Of a DNA stretch of 64,000 nt, positions 1-9,959 are shown one piece after another. The stretch is from Acidobacteriota bacterium (GTDB lineage Bacteria > Acidobacteriota > UBA6911): contig OY761556.1 of NCBI GenBank assembly GCA_963664705.1, positions 3,744,001 to 3,808,000 of the forward strand, in the 5' to 3' direction. The position numbers and the translations under genes are program-made. The stretch's first letter is position 1. Each line of letters starts with the position of its first letter. Below the pieces are notes generated by a model, which worked only from the letters and a program-made list of their open reading frames with translations, searched no databases and had not been told where the DNA came from.

Positions 1-111
1 TGCTTCGTCCCATATTTCGGCTGAAGAGATGTATCAAAAGGACGATATTGACGTCAGGGCCTTGGGCCCGACACTGGCTTATTTGTCGTGAATCAGAGTG
101 CAGGAGCAAGC

Positions 112-3100
112 ATGAGCCGCCAAACCTTTAAGTTAGTCCTGATGTTAGGCGTAATTAGCGCCCTATTAGGTTTCCCGATACTTTCGCAGGCTCAACTCTC
201 GCCTCCAAAGGTGCTCAGGTTTGGTTCGTCAGGCCTTGTACCGGTTCAATTAACCTCGACTCAAACCGGTTTACTCCCCTACACGGTGGGACTGGCATTC
301 AAGGCCGGCGATATTCCAGGCTATCCGTCTATAAACGGTGCGCAGGTCGTGGTCAAGCGACGATGGAATGACGGCAGCGTGAAACATGCCATCGTCTCGG
401 GAGAATCCAATTTTTCCGGAAGTGCCATTCCATTGCCGGTGACGAATTCCTCTTCGGCGCCTTCCGGCGCTGATTTGACCTCCGCCGATATTCAGGCCGC
501 CGCGCCTTCTGCTTCCGTACAACTTGGCAATATCGGTACCGTCAATTTGACGACATTGCTTGCCAGCCCATTTCGAACCTGGATCAGTGGGCCGCTCATG
601 GTTGAATGCCATTACAGAAGCCCGGTAGGCAGCGATCCAACACTTGCAGTATGGTTCTATGTCCGCCTGTATAAACATGGGCGAATCTGGATCCGGGCAA
701 TTGTCGAAAATGGCTATGTTGATGTAACTCCAAACGATAAATCCTATGTACCGACTGTGATCATCGGGGGGGCTACTGTCTTTAGTAATAGCGGATCCGC
801 TCTTACTCATTATGCCCATACACGGTGGACGGCGGAAGGATGGATCGGCGGGAATCCTCAGGTCGTCCCGAAGCATGATCCGACCTATCTGATATCCACA
901 AAACTGGTCCCAAACTATTGGAAGCGCAGTCCCAGCGCCGCGACATTGAACGCATTGGTCCAGACATACGCGCCTATGGGTCGCGCGGGCCTCACCCAAA
1001 GCATGGGCGCGGCTGGCTTTCAAAACCAGATCGGTCTCTTGCCCCTATGGGATGCGCTCTATGCGACAACCGGGGATTCACGGGCTTACAATTCAGTTCT
1101 GGCAAATAGTTCTGCACTGAATTCCTATCCAATTGTCTGGAAGGATTCTGCTTCCGGCTTACCACCTAAGCCATCCAGCTATCCCAATACAACGCTCGCA
1201 GCCGATAATTATTCAGCAGGATCGCTGTCCTGGGAACTGAATCATCATCCATCGGAGGGATACCTAGCCTATATCTTGTCTGGCGATTACTGGCATTATG
1301 AAACAGCGCTCCTTCAAACCTCGCTGATATATTTGATGAAATCGACAGCAATCTATACTCCCTACGGGGGAGGCGGCGTTGGGCTGAACAGGATACTGAC
1401 ATTCCAGACTCGCGGAACAGCGTGGAATATCCGCACCATATCTCAGGCCGTCGGCATAGCACCCACAGGAGATGCAGTTGCTTCTGATTATGCTACGCTG
1501 CTTTCCAATAATGTCGCCTATTGGGTTTCGATTATCAACTCCCTCGGCGGAACTGGAATCGGCTATATATATGAATATGGCGCCAGTGGCAATCTCGATG
1601 GATATGGCCCGGGATTAAATTCTCCCTGGATGCAGCACTTCTGGATGCAGTCCATGGGGCTTGGCTCCGACATAGAACCGCTGGCATCCATGACAAACTT
1701 TAATGCGGTAAGGGATTGGCTTTATCGCGGTATAGTCGGCATTTTAGGAGACTCAAATGGGTATGGATTTGCTTATGCTTCAAATTATAGCATAAAAATT
1801 TCAAATGGGATAAGCTTGGATCCCACGACGTGGTATAGGACGTGGCCAGAGGTTTGGAATGCCACTTTTACGCCGCCACCTGCATATACAAATACCTTAC
1901 AGGGCAGCAGCGCAGGAATAGCATCTGAAGCGCCTACCGGCTATTGGGGCAACCTGCTTCCGGCAATAGCATATGCGGTGGACCATTCGGCGGCAGGAGC
2001 CTCTGCGGCTTGGTCAAGACTGACGGGGTCTACCAATTGGGCAACTGTCGAGGGAAGTGGATTTGACAATACGCCGATATGGGGGATAGTGCCGCGTTTT
2101 TCGCCCAACCCCATATTATCTAACCTTCAATCCAATAGCGCTTTGGATTTGGGTGTGTATTCACTAAACTCAACACCAGCCGGCGGAATCAATGAAAACA
2201 GCATCACCGACTATTCAGGATTTGTATATAGTAGTGACCATGCATCCATGCTAATGTTTGGCGGTGGCCATTCTGCGACCATGGCTGATTACATTGCGCG
2301 CCTTAAACTCGATGCCTCATCCGATCTTACTTGGACACCTGATTATTCTAGAACTAGCATTGCATCAATGACATCTGCAAACGCCGGAGCAAATGGCATA
2401 TGGACCTCCACCGGCTTCCCAATGTCAAGGCATACATATGATATGCTATCCTATGCTTCGAATGTCGGCAAACTGGTCATGTTGACTATGAACCCAAATC
2501 AGGGCGACAATCTTTCTTTCGATCCATCCAATTACGTCACTACACCGAAGGTAATGACATATAGCCCATCATCAAAATCATGGTCAGTCAGCTCTGCTTC
2601 AGCAAATTCCTCCTGGATATATTACTCCTCATCTGAATATGACCCCATTAGTGGAATGGTTATTGTTCTTGATCCATATGATAAAAGAAAATTATCGTTT
2701 TTCAATCCGTCAACCAATTCAATAACTGACATAAAAGTGGTTGATATTCCCGCTATGGGATACGCTCAGAATCTTGTGTATTGTCCATACAATGATAAGT
2801 TTTATTGGATAAAATCTGGTTCGCCTGTACGCGTCTGGGAGATTAATCTAAATAGATCCTCATGGTCAAGTTCTACAGTGTCCGAGATCACTGCAATGAG
2901 CAATGCGCCAACAATATTGAATGAGACCGGATGGGCATGGAATGATCGGTCTAAGGTCATTGGAGGAGGCGTGCAAAGTGGTCATTTTTTTGCATATGAC
3001 CCTTTAACAAAACAATGGACAGATAAAGCAATGATTTCGAGTTCAGGATCCATTGGCACGCTTGCCTTTCACGCTTTGGCATTTGATTCTCTAAATGGCG

Positions 3101-3159
3101 TGTTTATATTCATCACCGATGGCGCTTCTGGGCGCCATACCTGGGCGTATAAGTATTGA
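112..3159 (+). CDS. Large secreted two-module protein (putative polysaccharide lyase/PcRGLX-like module + C-terminal beta-propeller)
   Basis: ATG at 112 with AGGAG at 102-106 (ORF track starts at GTG 88); signal-peptide-like N-terminus; S/T/G/aromatic-rich; C-terminal third has kelch-like GG/YDP/W repeats and ends HTWAYKY. Function is inference. Confidence 0.6.
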   Translation: MSRQTFKLVLMLGVISALLGFPILSQAQLSPPKVLRFGSSGLVPVQLTSTQTGLLPYTVGLAFKAGDIPGYPSINGAQVVVKRRWNDGSVKHAIVSGESNFSGSAIPLPVTNSSSAPSGADLTSADIQAAAPSASVQLGNIGTVNLTTLLASPFRTWISGPLMVECHYRSPVGSDPTLAVWFYVRLYKHGRIWIRAIVENGYVDVTPNDKSYVPTVIIGGATVFSNSGSALTHYAHTRWTAEGWIGGNPQVVPKHDPTYLISTKLVPNYWKRSPSAATLNALVQTYAPMGRAGLTQSMGAAGFQNQIGLLPLWDALYATTGDSRAYNSVLANSSALNSYPIVWKDSASGLPPKPSSYPNTTLAADNYSAGSLSWELNHHPSEGYLAYILSGDYWHYETALLQTSLIYLMKSTAIYTPYGGGGVGLNRILTFQTRGTAWNIRTISQAVGIAPTGDAVASDYATLLSNNVAYWVSIINSLGGTGIGYIYEYGASGNLDGYGPGLNSPWMQHFWMQSMGLGSDIEPLASMTNFNAVRDWLYRGIVGILGDSNGYGFAYASNYSIKISNGISLDPTTWYRTWPEVWNATFTPPPAYTNTLQGSSAGIASEAPTGYWGNLLPAIAYAVDHSAAGASAAWSRLTGSTNWATVEGSGFDNTPIWGIVPRFSPNPILSNLQSNSALDLGVYSLNSTPAGGINENSITDYSGFVYSSDHASMLMFGGGHSATMADYIARLKLDASSDLTWTPDYSRTSIASMTSANAGANGIWTSTGFPMSRHTYDMLSYASNVGKLVMLTMNPNQGDNLSFDPSNYVTTPKVMTYSPSSKSWSVSSASANSSWIYYSSSEYDPISGMVIVLDPYDKRKLSFFNPSTNSITDIKVVDIPAMGYAQNLVYCPYNDKFYWIKSGSPVRVWEINLNRSSWSSSTVSEITAMSNAPTILNETGWAWNDRSKVIGGGVQSGHFFAYDPLTKQWTDKAMISSSGSIGTLAFHALAFDSLNGVFIFITDGASGRHTWAYKY

Positions 3160-3723
3160 TGTGGAAAAATGCGCGCTATCATTCTCATTGCACATGCAAA
3201 CATATTGTCCTTTTTCAAACTTCACACGATTTAAACAGCGCTTTAAAAGGCATAAAAGCAACATCCACCTATTCTCAGGCAAGGATGAGTTATCTTGAGC
3301 AACGCCGCAAGAACATGCCGTTGCAATAATTCAAGTTAGGCGTCCTAGCCCTCTTCGCAGGCTTTGCTTTCAGCACATTGTCTATACTACTGCACCAAGA
3401 ACATCTAGGCTTGGAAAGATACAGTGGAAGCCAAGAAGAACCGATAATGCAAATATCTCCCAGAATCTTCTTCCCAAATTCCCGCTATGGTCTCGTGCAA
3501 GGATTTTGAATAGCTAATGACATTGCTAAGACATTCCACTATGGGATTTTTGCTAATCGAAGTTAAATAGAATGCCAATCCGTTGGCTCGATTGTTTACA
3601 TGGTCTCACCAGATCAAACACAGATGAAACAGTTTCGTATGGAACAGAATTACCCTTGGCGCTTATCTCGGACCCAATAATTCAATATAACCCTATTAGA
3701 CAATATTTACCGGATGATACTTC

Positions 3724-5202
3724 TTGCAAACACCCGATAGCGCAATAATTGATCGTAATAGACATAATTCCATTGATAGGGCCTTTCTTCGAGGCGTAGC
3801 CTGGGTTGGCAGCGTCAAGTGGATCATACAAGTCGTCAGCTGGGCGACAACACTGGTCCTCGTGCGCTTGCTGACACCATCAGATTATGGATTGGTGGGC
3901 ATGGCCAGTGCATACTTGGGCTTTCTATCAATCATTAATGAGTTGGGACTTGGCTCGGCGGTAATAGTTTTCAGAACCCTCGACAACAAACAGTTGGAAC
4001 AGCTCAATACCATCAGCATTTTAACAGGGTTTCTCTTCTTCCTCATCTCCTGCCTTCTTGCCGCCCCGGTAGCAGCCTTTTACCGAACTCCGGAATTGGC
4101 AAGAGTCATCGTTATTATGAGCTCCAGCTATATCATCAGTGCATTCAAAGTAGTGCCTTCAGCGCTTCTATCGCGCGATCTCAAGTTCAGGCTACTCTCG
4201 ATTGCGGAAGCCGTTCAAGTCTTGTCTCAATCGATTCTGATGATTATTCTGGCACTTCTGCATTTTGGCTATTGGACTTTGGTCATAGGATCGCTGGCGT
4301 CAATTTTTGTGCCAACAGGAATTTTGGTTAAATCGCGCTTTGTAAAATACAGAATCCCTTCACTACAAACACTGCGTCCAGCACTTTCCTATAGCAGCCA
4401 TGTCCTGGTGTCCCGCATTTGTTGGTATATCCAGTCGAATGCGGATTTCGCGGTTGCGGGTAGACTATTCGGCAAAGCAGTTCTGGGACCCTATACATTT
4501 GCATGGGATCTGGCAAGCGTACCAGTCAACAAAATAAGCTCAACAATAGGACAAATTACTCCTTCATACTTTTCCTCTCTTCAAAATGATCTGAATAGTC
4601 TGGGGAATAGATTTCTTCGCATAACCGAATCTCTTTCCCTGGTAACCTTTCCTATTTCAGTTGGCATAGCATTTGTAGCCGAGGATTTCGTCCATGTTGC
4701 CCTCGGCCCGGAATGGATTGGAGCGATCGTACCATTGCGGCTTCTAGGGCTGTATGCAGCCTTTCGTTCCATATCCGCTTTGCCTCCGCAGATTCTATTT
4801 GTTACCGGCGAATCAAAATTTCAGATGAACATGTCTATCTTATCAGCGATTGTCTTACCGATTGCCTTCGTCATTGGCAGCCGCTGGGGGATAGAAGGAA
4901 TCGCCTGGATTTGGATAATTGCGTATCCACCACTCACTTTGCCAATATTCGCGCTCTCTCTAAAGCGAATGCAGCTAAAACCTCAGCAATACTTTGAATC
5001 GGTTAAGCCAGCTCTTTGGGGATGTATTGCTATTATCGCATTTGTATCTCTGTCAAAGGTCATCACGGTGGACTCCCATGCCGTCAGATTAGCGCTGCAG
5101 GTAACCGTCGGCGCTGTAGCATATATCATGTGCCTGTTTTTTTTGTCGCGCGACAGACTGGTTGAAATTTACCGATACTTGCGCTCCGGTGTAAAAGGAT
5201 AG
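3724..5202 (+). CDS. wzx: Wzx-type polysaccharide flippase (PST family)
   Basis: About 12-14 hydrophobic segments; LVRLLTPSDYGLVG motif; EPS locus context; TTG start uncertain. Confidence 0.88.
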   Translation: MQTPDSAIIDRNRHNSIDRAFLRGVAWVGSVKWIIQVVSWATTLVLVRLLTPSDYGLVGMASAYLGFLSIINELGLGSAVIVFRTLDNKQLEQLNTISILTGFLFFLISCLLAAPVAAFYRTPELARVIVIMSSSYIISAFKVVPSALLSRDLKFRLLSIAEAVQVLSQSILMIILALLHFGYWTLVIGSLASIFVPTGILVKSRFVKYRIPSLQTLRPALSYSSHVLVSRICWYIQSNADFAVAGRLFGKAVLGPYTFAWDLASVPVNKISSTIGQITPSYFSSLQNDLNSLGNRFLRITESLSLVTFPISVGIAFVAEDFVHVALGPEWIGAIVPLRLLGLYAAFRSISALPPQILFVTGESKFQMNMSILSAIVLPIAFVIGSRWGIEGIAWIWIIAYPPLTLPIFALSLKRMQLKPQQYFESVKPALWGCIAIIAFVSLSKVITVDSHAVRLALQVTVGAVAYIMCLFFLSRDRLVEIYRYLRSGVKG

Positions 5203-5268
5203 TGATCCTCTGCAAAAATGCATCACGGCACAAACACAATAAGGCCGCATATGTCTTTGGTTCATAAT

Positions 5269-6495
5269 ATGAATGTTCTTCACCTGCTAGACCATAGTCT
5301 GCCCCTGCATAGCGGATATTCATTCCGGAGCCGTAATTTATTGGAAGCCCAGCAGAGAATGGGTCTTTGTCCTGTTGCTTTAACCTCTCCCCGGCATAAT
5401 CGCGAAGCCAATGAGGCACTGAGGCCCTTTGAGGATATTGAGAACATCCGCTACTACAGATCTCCTTCCATCCATGGAGGTATTCCTGGCCCCGCTGCAG
5501 ATCTGAATTTGATGAGGATTCTGTCAAAACGCTGCCGCCAGGTTTGCCGGACAGCACAGGCCCAATTGATCCATGCTCATTCACCCATCCTGAACTGCAT
5601 GCCTGCATTTCCTGTGGGTAAATCACTTGGGATACCGGTTGTCTATGAGATCCGGGCATTCTGGGAGGATGCAGGCGTCGATCAGGGGACTTACCGCGAG
5701 AATTCTCTCAAATATAGGGCCGTGCGTGCTCTGGAGACCTGGGCCTGCAGACGAGCATCTCAGGTAATGGTCATTTGTAACGGACTAAAGCAGGACCTCG
5801 AAAGCCGCGGCATCGACTCCAACAAAATCACCATCATAGGTAATGGGATTGACATTGCTGGATTCCAACCATGCGAGCCCGATGCGGTTTTGAGAAAGGA
5901 ATATGACCTTTACAACAAAAAGGTCATTGCCTTTATGGGATCCTTTTACCACTACGAGGGATTGAATCTGCTGGTCGATGCATTCAAAACTATTGCAATG
6001 CGTCGGTCCGATACAGTTCTGCTTCTCATTGGAGGCGGGGCAGAAGATGAGAAACTAAAGGCTCAAGTCAGGAGCCTGAACCTGGAAGGAAAGGTGCAAT
6101 TCCCTGGAAGAATACCGCATGAACGCATTCCCGCCATCTATGCCCTTTCCGATATACTCGCTTTCCCACGATACTCAATGCGCCTGACCGAACTGGTTAC
6201 GCCTCTCAAGCCGCTTGAAGCCATGGCTATGGCAAAGCCTCTCGTGGCAAGCAATATCGGTGGGCATCGGGAGCTCGTCCGGGATGGCAAAACCGGGCTG
6301 CTATTTGAGCCCGGCAGTAAAGAATCTCTGGCAAAAGCATTGGAATTGCTTTTGGATAATCCGGAACTTGGAAAAACCCTGGGCCAGCAGGGTCGAGATT
6401 GGGTTAGTCGTGAACGGACTTGGGATAAGGTCACCGCGCCATATCCCCAAGTCTATGAAAAGGCACTGCGAACCATAAAGAAAGTAACTTCATAA
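5269..6495 (+). CDS. GT4 glycosyltransferase, PEP-CTERM/exosortase A-associated (TIGR04063-like)
   Basis: VLHLLDHSLPLHSGYSFR, HAHSP, YEIRAFWEDA, VTPLKPLEAMA motifs; ATG 5269 chosen over 5218 because the family motif follows directly. Confidence 0.9.
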   Translation: MNVLHLLDHSLPLHSGYSFRSRNLLEAQQRMGLCPVALTSPRHNREANEALRPFEDIENIRYYRSPSIHGGIPGPAADLNLMRILSKRCRQVCRTAQAQLIHAHSPILNCMPAFPVGKSLGIPVVYEIRAFWEDAGVDQGTYRENSLKYRAVRALETWACRRASQVMVICNGLKQDLESRGIDSNKITIIGNGIDIAGFQPCEPDAVLRKEYDLYNKKVIAFMGSFYHYEGLNLLVDAFKTIAMRRSDTVLLLIGGGAEDEKLKAQVRSLNLEGKVQFPGRIPHERIPAIYALSDILAFPRYSMRLTELVTPLKPLEAMAMAKPLVASNIGGHRELVRDGKTGLLFEPGSKESLAKALELLLDNPELGKTLGQQGRDWVSRERTWDKVTAPYPQVYEKALRTIKKVTS

Positions 6496-6526
6496 TAGCA
6501 AAGCGGTTTCTTCCCTCAGAAAAAAC

Positions 6527-8377
6527 ATGAGCCTATTCCTGGTCGTTACAGCAGATCCGAAGCTGGCCAATTCCAGTCAATCGATTTTTGAATCGCTTGT
6601 TCAGGCAGGCCAGTTGCTAACGGGTCATGCGCCTGCGTCGAAACATAAAACCGGAAACACGCAAATCGCAATCTTCCCGAGAATTAATGGATCCAGCCCT
6701 AAACTGGTTATGGACCAGGAGACGGGAAACTGGCTGCTTCCCGCCGGGCAATGGTTCCACAGTTCAGGGTATGGCTGCGGGTCAGAAGAAGCACTCCTTC
6801 GACGCTACCTGGAAATCGGCGCGGAACAAATGCATCGGGAACTAGAGGGCTTCTTTGCCATTGCACACGGCAATGAGCTGACAAATGAGGTCAGTGTTCT
6901 GACGGACGTAATCGGCAGCTTCCATTGTTTTTCACGATCATGGCCCGGAATTACCGCCATATCCAGCTCATCGCTGCTTCTCGCATCCATTGGAGCCGAT
7001 TCCCTCGATATGGAAGCACTGGCAGAATTCCTGGGCACCGGAATCATTTATGAAAACCGCTCGCTGCATCAGAGCATACGCAAGCTGGGCCCGGCATCAA
7101 GAATACTTTACCGGAACGGCAGACCTCAAAGCGCTCATCGGTATTGGGATCTGAGCGCCTTTGCTTCCAAACCTCTTTCTGATGCTGCCGCACTGGATTC
7201 ATTGCATGAGGAACTCCTTGTCATAGGGAAACGAATATCCTCCATTTATGCCCGCCCGCTGTGCGATCTGACGGGGGGGTTCGATTCCCGCGCTCTGCTG
7301 GCGTCCCTCTTGCCGTCCGCAATGCCACTGACCACCGTCGTCACCGGTTCCGAGCAAAGCCCCGATGTTCAGATATCAAGAGCACTCGCCGGGCTAAAAG
7401 GACTGCCGCACATCCATTTAAACCCGGCAATGGAAGGAATTGTTTCGGAGGTCACCCCAGTTCTGCCCCTGACCGACGGTGAGTATGATGCGGTGGAATA
7501 TAGCAGAGTGTTTAAGGTTCATGGGACCCTATCGGCCAATTTCGATATCAGCCTGAACGGATCATTCGGTGAGCTCGCCCGAGGCTATTGGTGGGAGCTT
7601 CTCTTTCCGCATTTGGGAGACGCTAAAGAAATTGATGCAGGGAAGATTGCCAGGCTGCGGTTTGCGGCGGGCAGTTTTGATTCAGGCCTCTTCTCCGGCA
7701 AGGCCGATTTTAGCCTGGCCGACCATTTCACGGAAGTCATCAAGCGCACCAACAAGGGACTGGAATCGGCTCCAAACAGCCTGCAAATGGACAACCTGTA
7801 CCTCATGATGAGAATGCAGAGCTGGCAGGGACGTATAGCAAGCAGCACAGACCGAATCTGGCCTTGCCTTTCTCCATTCATATTCCGCTCCGTTCTGGAG
7901 GTAATTCTCCGTACGAATCCTGCGCTGCGACGACGCGGATTATTTGTGCGAAAATACCTCGCTTTGTTTGACAGGCAATTGGCCGAATTCCCTCTTGAAC
8001 ACGGATACCCGGCACTGCCGGTGTCGCCAGGCACTTTGTATCGATTCTGGCCTATCATTCCTTTGTATGCAGGGAAAGTAACAAGGAAGATACTGGCAAA
8101 AGCAGGCGTTCAGCGCTCTGTACACAAGACGCAATCGAAAACACCGGCACGATTAAGACTGTGGCAGGATGCAAAGATACGGGATACGTTGGATATCTCG
8201 ACCATGAAGCTGGCCTCGATGCTTCAATACGACCATCTTCGCGCATTCCTGGAACAATCCAAACAGTCTGCATTTGGATACGACGCACAATGGGCCAGGC
8301 TACTGACGGTCGAGCTGGCGTTACGGAGACTCGAAGAAATTAAGTGTTCCATCCATCAGCCCCTATCGGAGAGGTAG
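6527..8377 (+). CDS. Asparagine-synthase-like ATP pyrophosphatase (amide ligase) lacking the N-terminal catalytic Cys
   Basis: PP-loop DLTGGFDSR, LNGSFGE; N-terminus MSLF instead of MCG. Confidence 0.8.
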   Translation: MSLFLVVTADPKLANSSQSIFESLVQAGQLLTGHAPASKHKTGNTQIAIFPRINGSSPKLVMDQETGNWLLPAGQWFHSSGYGCGSEEALLRRYLEIGAEQMHRELEGFFAIAHGNELTNEVSVLTDVIGSFHCFSRSWPGITAISSSSLLLASIGADSLDMEALAEFLGTGIIYENRSLHQSIRKLGPASRILYRNGRPQSAHRYWDLSAFASKPLSDAAALDSLHEELLVIGKRISSIYARPLCDLTGGFDSRALLASLLPSAMPLTTVVTGSEQSPDVQISRALAGLKGLPHIHLNPAMEGIVSEVTPVLPLTDGEYDAVEYSRVFKVHGTLSANFDISLNGSFGELARGYWWELLFPHLGDAKEIDAGKIARLRFAAGSFDSGLFSGKADFSLADHFTEVIKRTNKGLESAPNSLQMDNLYLMMRMQSWQGRIASSTDRIWPCLSPFIFRSVLEVILRTNPALRRRGLFVRKYLALFDRQLAEFPLEHGYPALPVSPGTLYRFWPIIPLYAGKVTRKILAKAGVQRSVHKTQSKTPARLRLWQDAKIRDTLDISTMKLASMLQYDHLRAFLEQSKQSAFGYDAQWARLLTVELALRRLEEIKCSIHQPLSER

Positions 8378-8381
8378 AAAA

Positions 8382-9959
8382 ATGGATTACCTGGTTCATC
8401 ACATGTTGCGATCCAGTACCCAACGCTATCCCGACAAAGAAGCCTTGGTCCATGGTAGCGAGAGACTTGCCTACAATCAACTCAGCGAAAAGGCATCTGC
8501 GTTAGCCGGAATACTGCGCTCGGCGGGGATACACCGGCTGGATCGCATCGGCATATACCTGGAGCCTTCCGTTGCCCAGGTTGTATCCATTTTTGGCATC
8601 TCCGAGGCGGAAGGAGTATTTGTTCCTATCAATGCTGTTCTGTTTCCGGATCAGGTAGGCCACATCGTCCGGGACTGCTCGATGACCGGCTTGATTACCT
8701 CCAGAGCCAAGTTAGGTTCGCTGATCGAGATCCTGAAGGACATTCCTTCGTTGAAATTTATCGTTCTTACCGGAGATGGACCCGAAGCCAATCTTCCGCT
8801 GCAAGTCTTCGAGTGGGATCAGACCGCTTCGCCAGCAGCGCAGGGCGGGCTAAGGGAATCGTCCATAAGCAAGGACCTGGCGGCTATTCTTTATACTTCC
8901 GGGTCGACCGGCAAACCCAAGGGCGTCATGCTGAGTCATGCCAATGTTATGGCCGGAGCCTCCATCGTTTCCACCTACCTTGGCATTACGGAAAAGGAGC
9001 GCATCCTGGCAGCACTCCCGTTTAGCTTTGACGCGGGACTGAATCAACTGACAACCGCGATCCAGCAAGGCGGGACTATTGTCCTAATCAATTTTGTGTT
9101 TGCCCGGGAAATCGTTCAAATGCTCCTCAAGGAAAAAATAACCGGACTGGCAGGCGTACCGACCTTGTGGAGCCTATTATCGCAGCCAAATTCGACTCTG
9201 GAGAAACAGCCTTTGCCGGATCTGCGTTACATTACCAATACGGGCGGGGCCATGCCGCAGGCAGTTCTGGCAATACTCAAACGGGCACTGCCGACGACAA
9301 AGATATTCCTCATGTATGGGCTTACCGAGGCATTCCGTTCCACCTACCTGCCGCCTGATGAATCGGATCGGCGCCCCACATCCATGGGCAAGGCAATTCC
9401 GGATTGCGAAATATTGGTTATCAACGAAGCGGGAGAACTGTGCAAGCCCGGAGAAATCGGAGAACTCGTGCATCGAGGACCTACTGTTTCCATGGGCTAT
9501 TGGGGACGACCGGAGGATACGGATAGAGTCCTGAAACCGAATCCTCTGTTGCCAAAAGAACTCGGTGACTGCGAAAGAGTCTGCTACTCGGGGGACCTCG
9601 TCAAAATGGATGAAGATGGCTTTCTCTATTTTATCGGACGCAGAGATACCATGATCAAATCTTCTGGATACCGGGTTAGCCCAACAGAAGTTGAGGAGGC
9701 CCTATTCTCGAGTGGCAAACTGCGTGGGGCAGCCGTAATTGGCATTCCCGATGAAATATTGGGCCAGGCCATTAAGGCATTTGTTGTTCCCAAAGATGGT
9801 GCAGCTCCAAGCACGGACGATCTCATCGCGCATTGTGGCCAGAAATTGCCTCGGTATATGATACCCAAACATATTGAGCTTTTGACCGAGCTTCCCAAGA
9901 CATCCAGCGGAAAGGTGGATTATCCAACGCTCCGCAAACGAGAGGGATTGCAGCGATGA
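8382..9959 (+). CDS. AMP-forming acyl-CoA ligase, exosortase A system-associated (TIGR03098-like)
   Basis: YTSGSTGKPKG, MYGLTEAFRSTYL, SGD, LPKTSSGK motifs. Confidence 0.9.
   Translation: MDYLVHHMLRSSTQRYPDKEALVHGSERLAYNQLSEKASALAGILRSAGIHRLDRIGIYLEPSVAQVVSIFGISEAEGVFVPINAVLFPDQVGHIVRDCSMTGLITSRAKLGSLIEILKDIPSLKFIVLTGDGPEANLPLQVFEWDQTASPAAQGGLRESSISKDLAAILYTSGSTGKPKGVMLSHANVMAGASIVSTYLGITEKERILAALPFSFDAGLNQLTTAIQQGGTIVLINFVFAREIVQMLLKEKITGLAGVPTLWSLLSQPNSTLEKQPLPDLRYITNTGGAMPQAVLAILKRALPTTKIFLMYGLTEAFRSTYLPPDESDRRPTSMGKAIPDCEILVINEAGELCKPGEIGELVHRGPTVSMGYWGRPEDTDRVLKPNPLLPKELGDCERVCYSGDLVKMDEDGFLYFIGRRDTMIKSSGYRVSPTEVEEALFSSGKLRGAAVIGIPDEILGQAIKAFVVPKDGAAPSTDDLIAHCGQKLPRYMIPKHIELLTELPKTSSGKVDYPTLRKREGLQR

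Noticed and set aside
3160-3723. Long AT-rich intergenic region as ncRNA or riboswitch
   Set aside because: No recognisable conserved motif or strong structure by eye; an Rfam search would be needed
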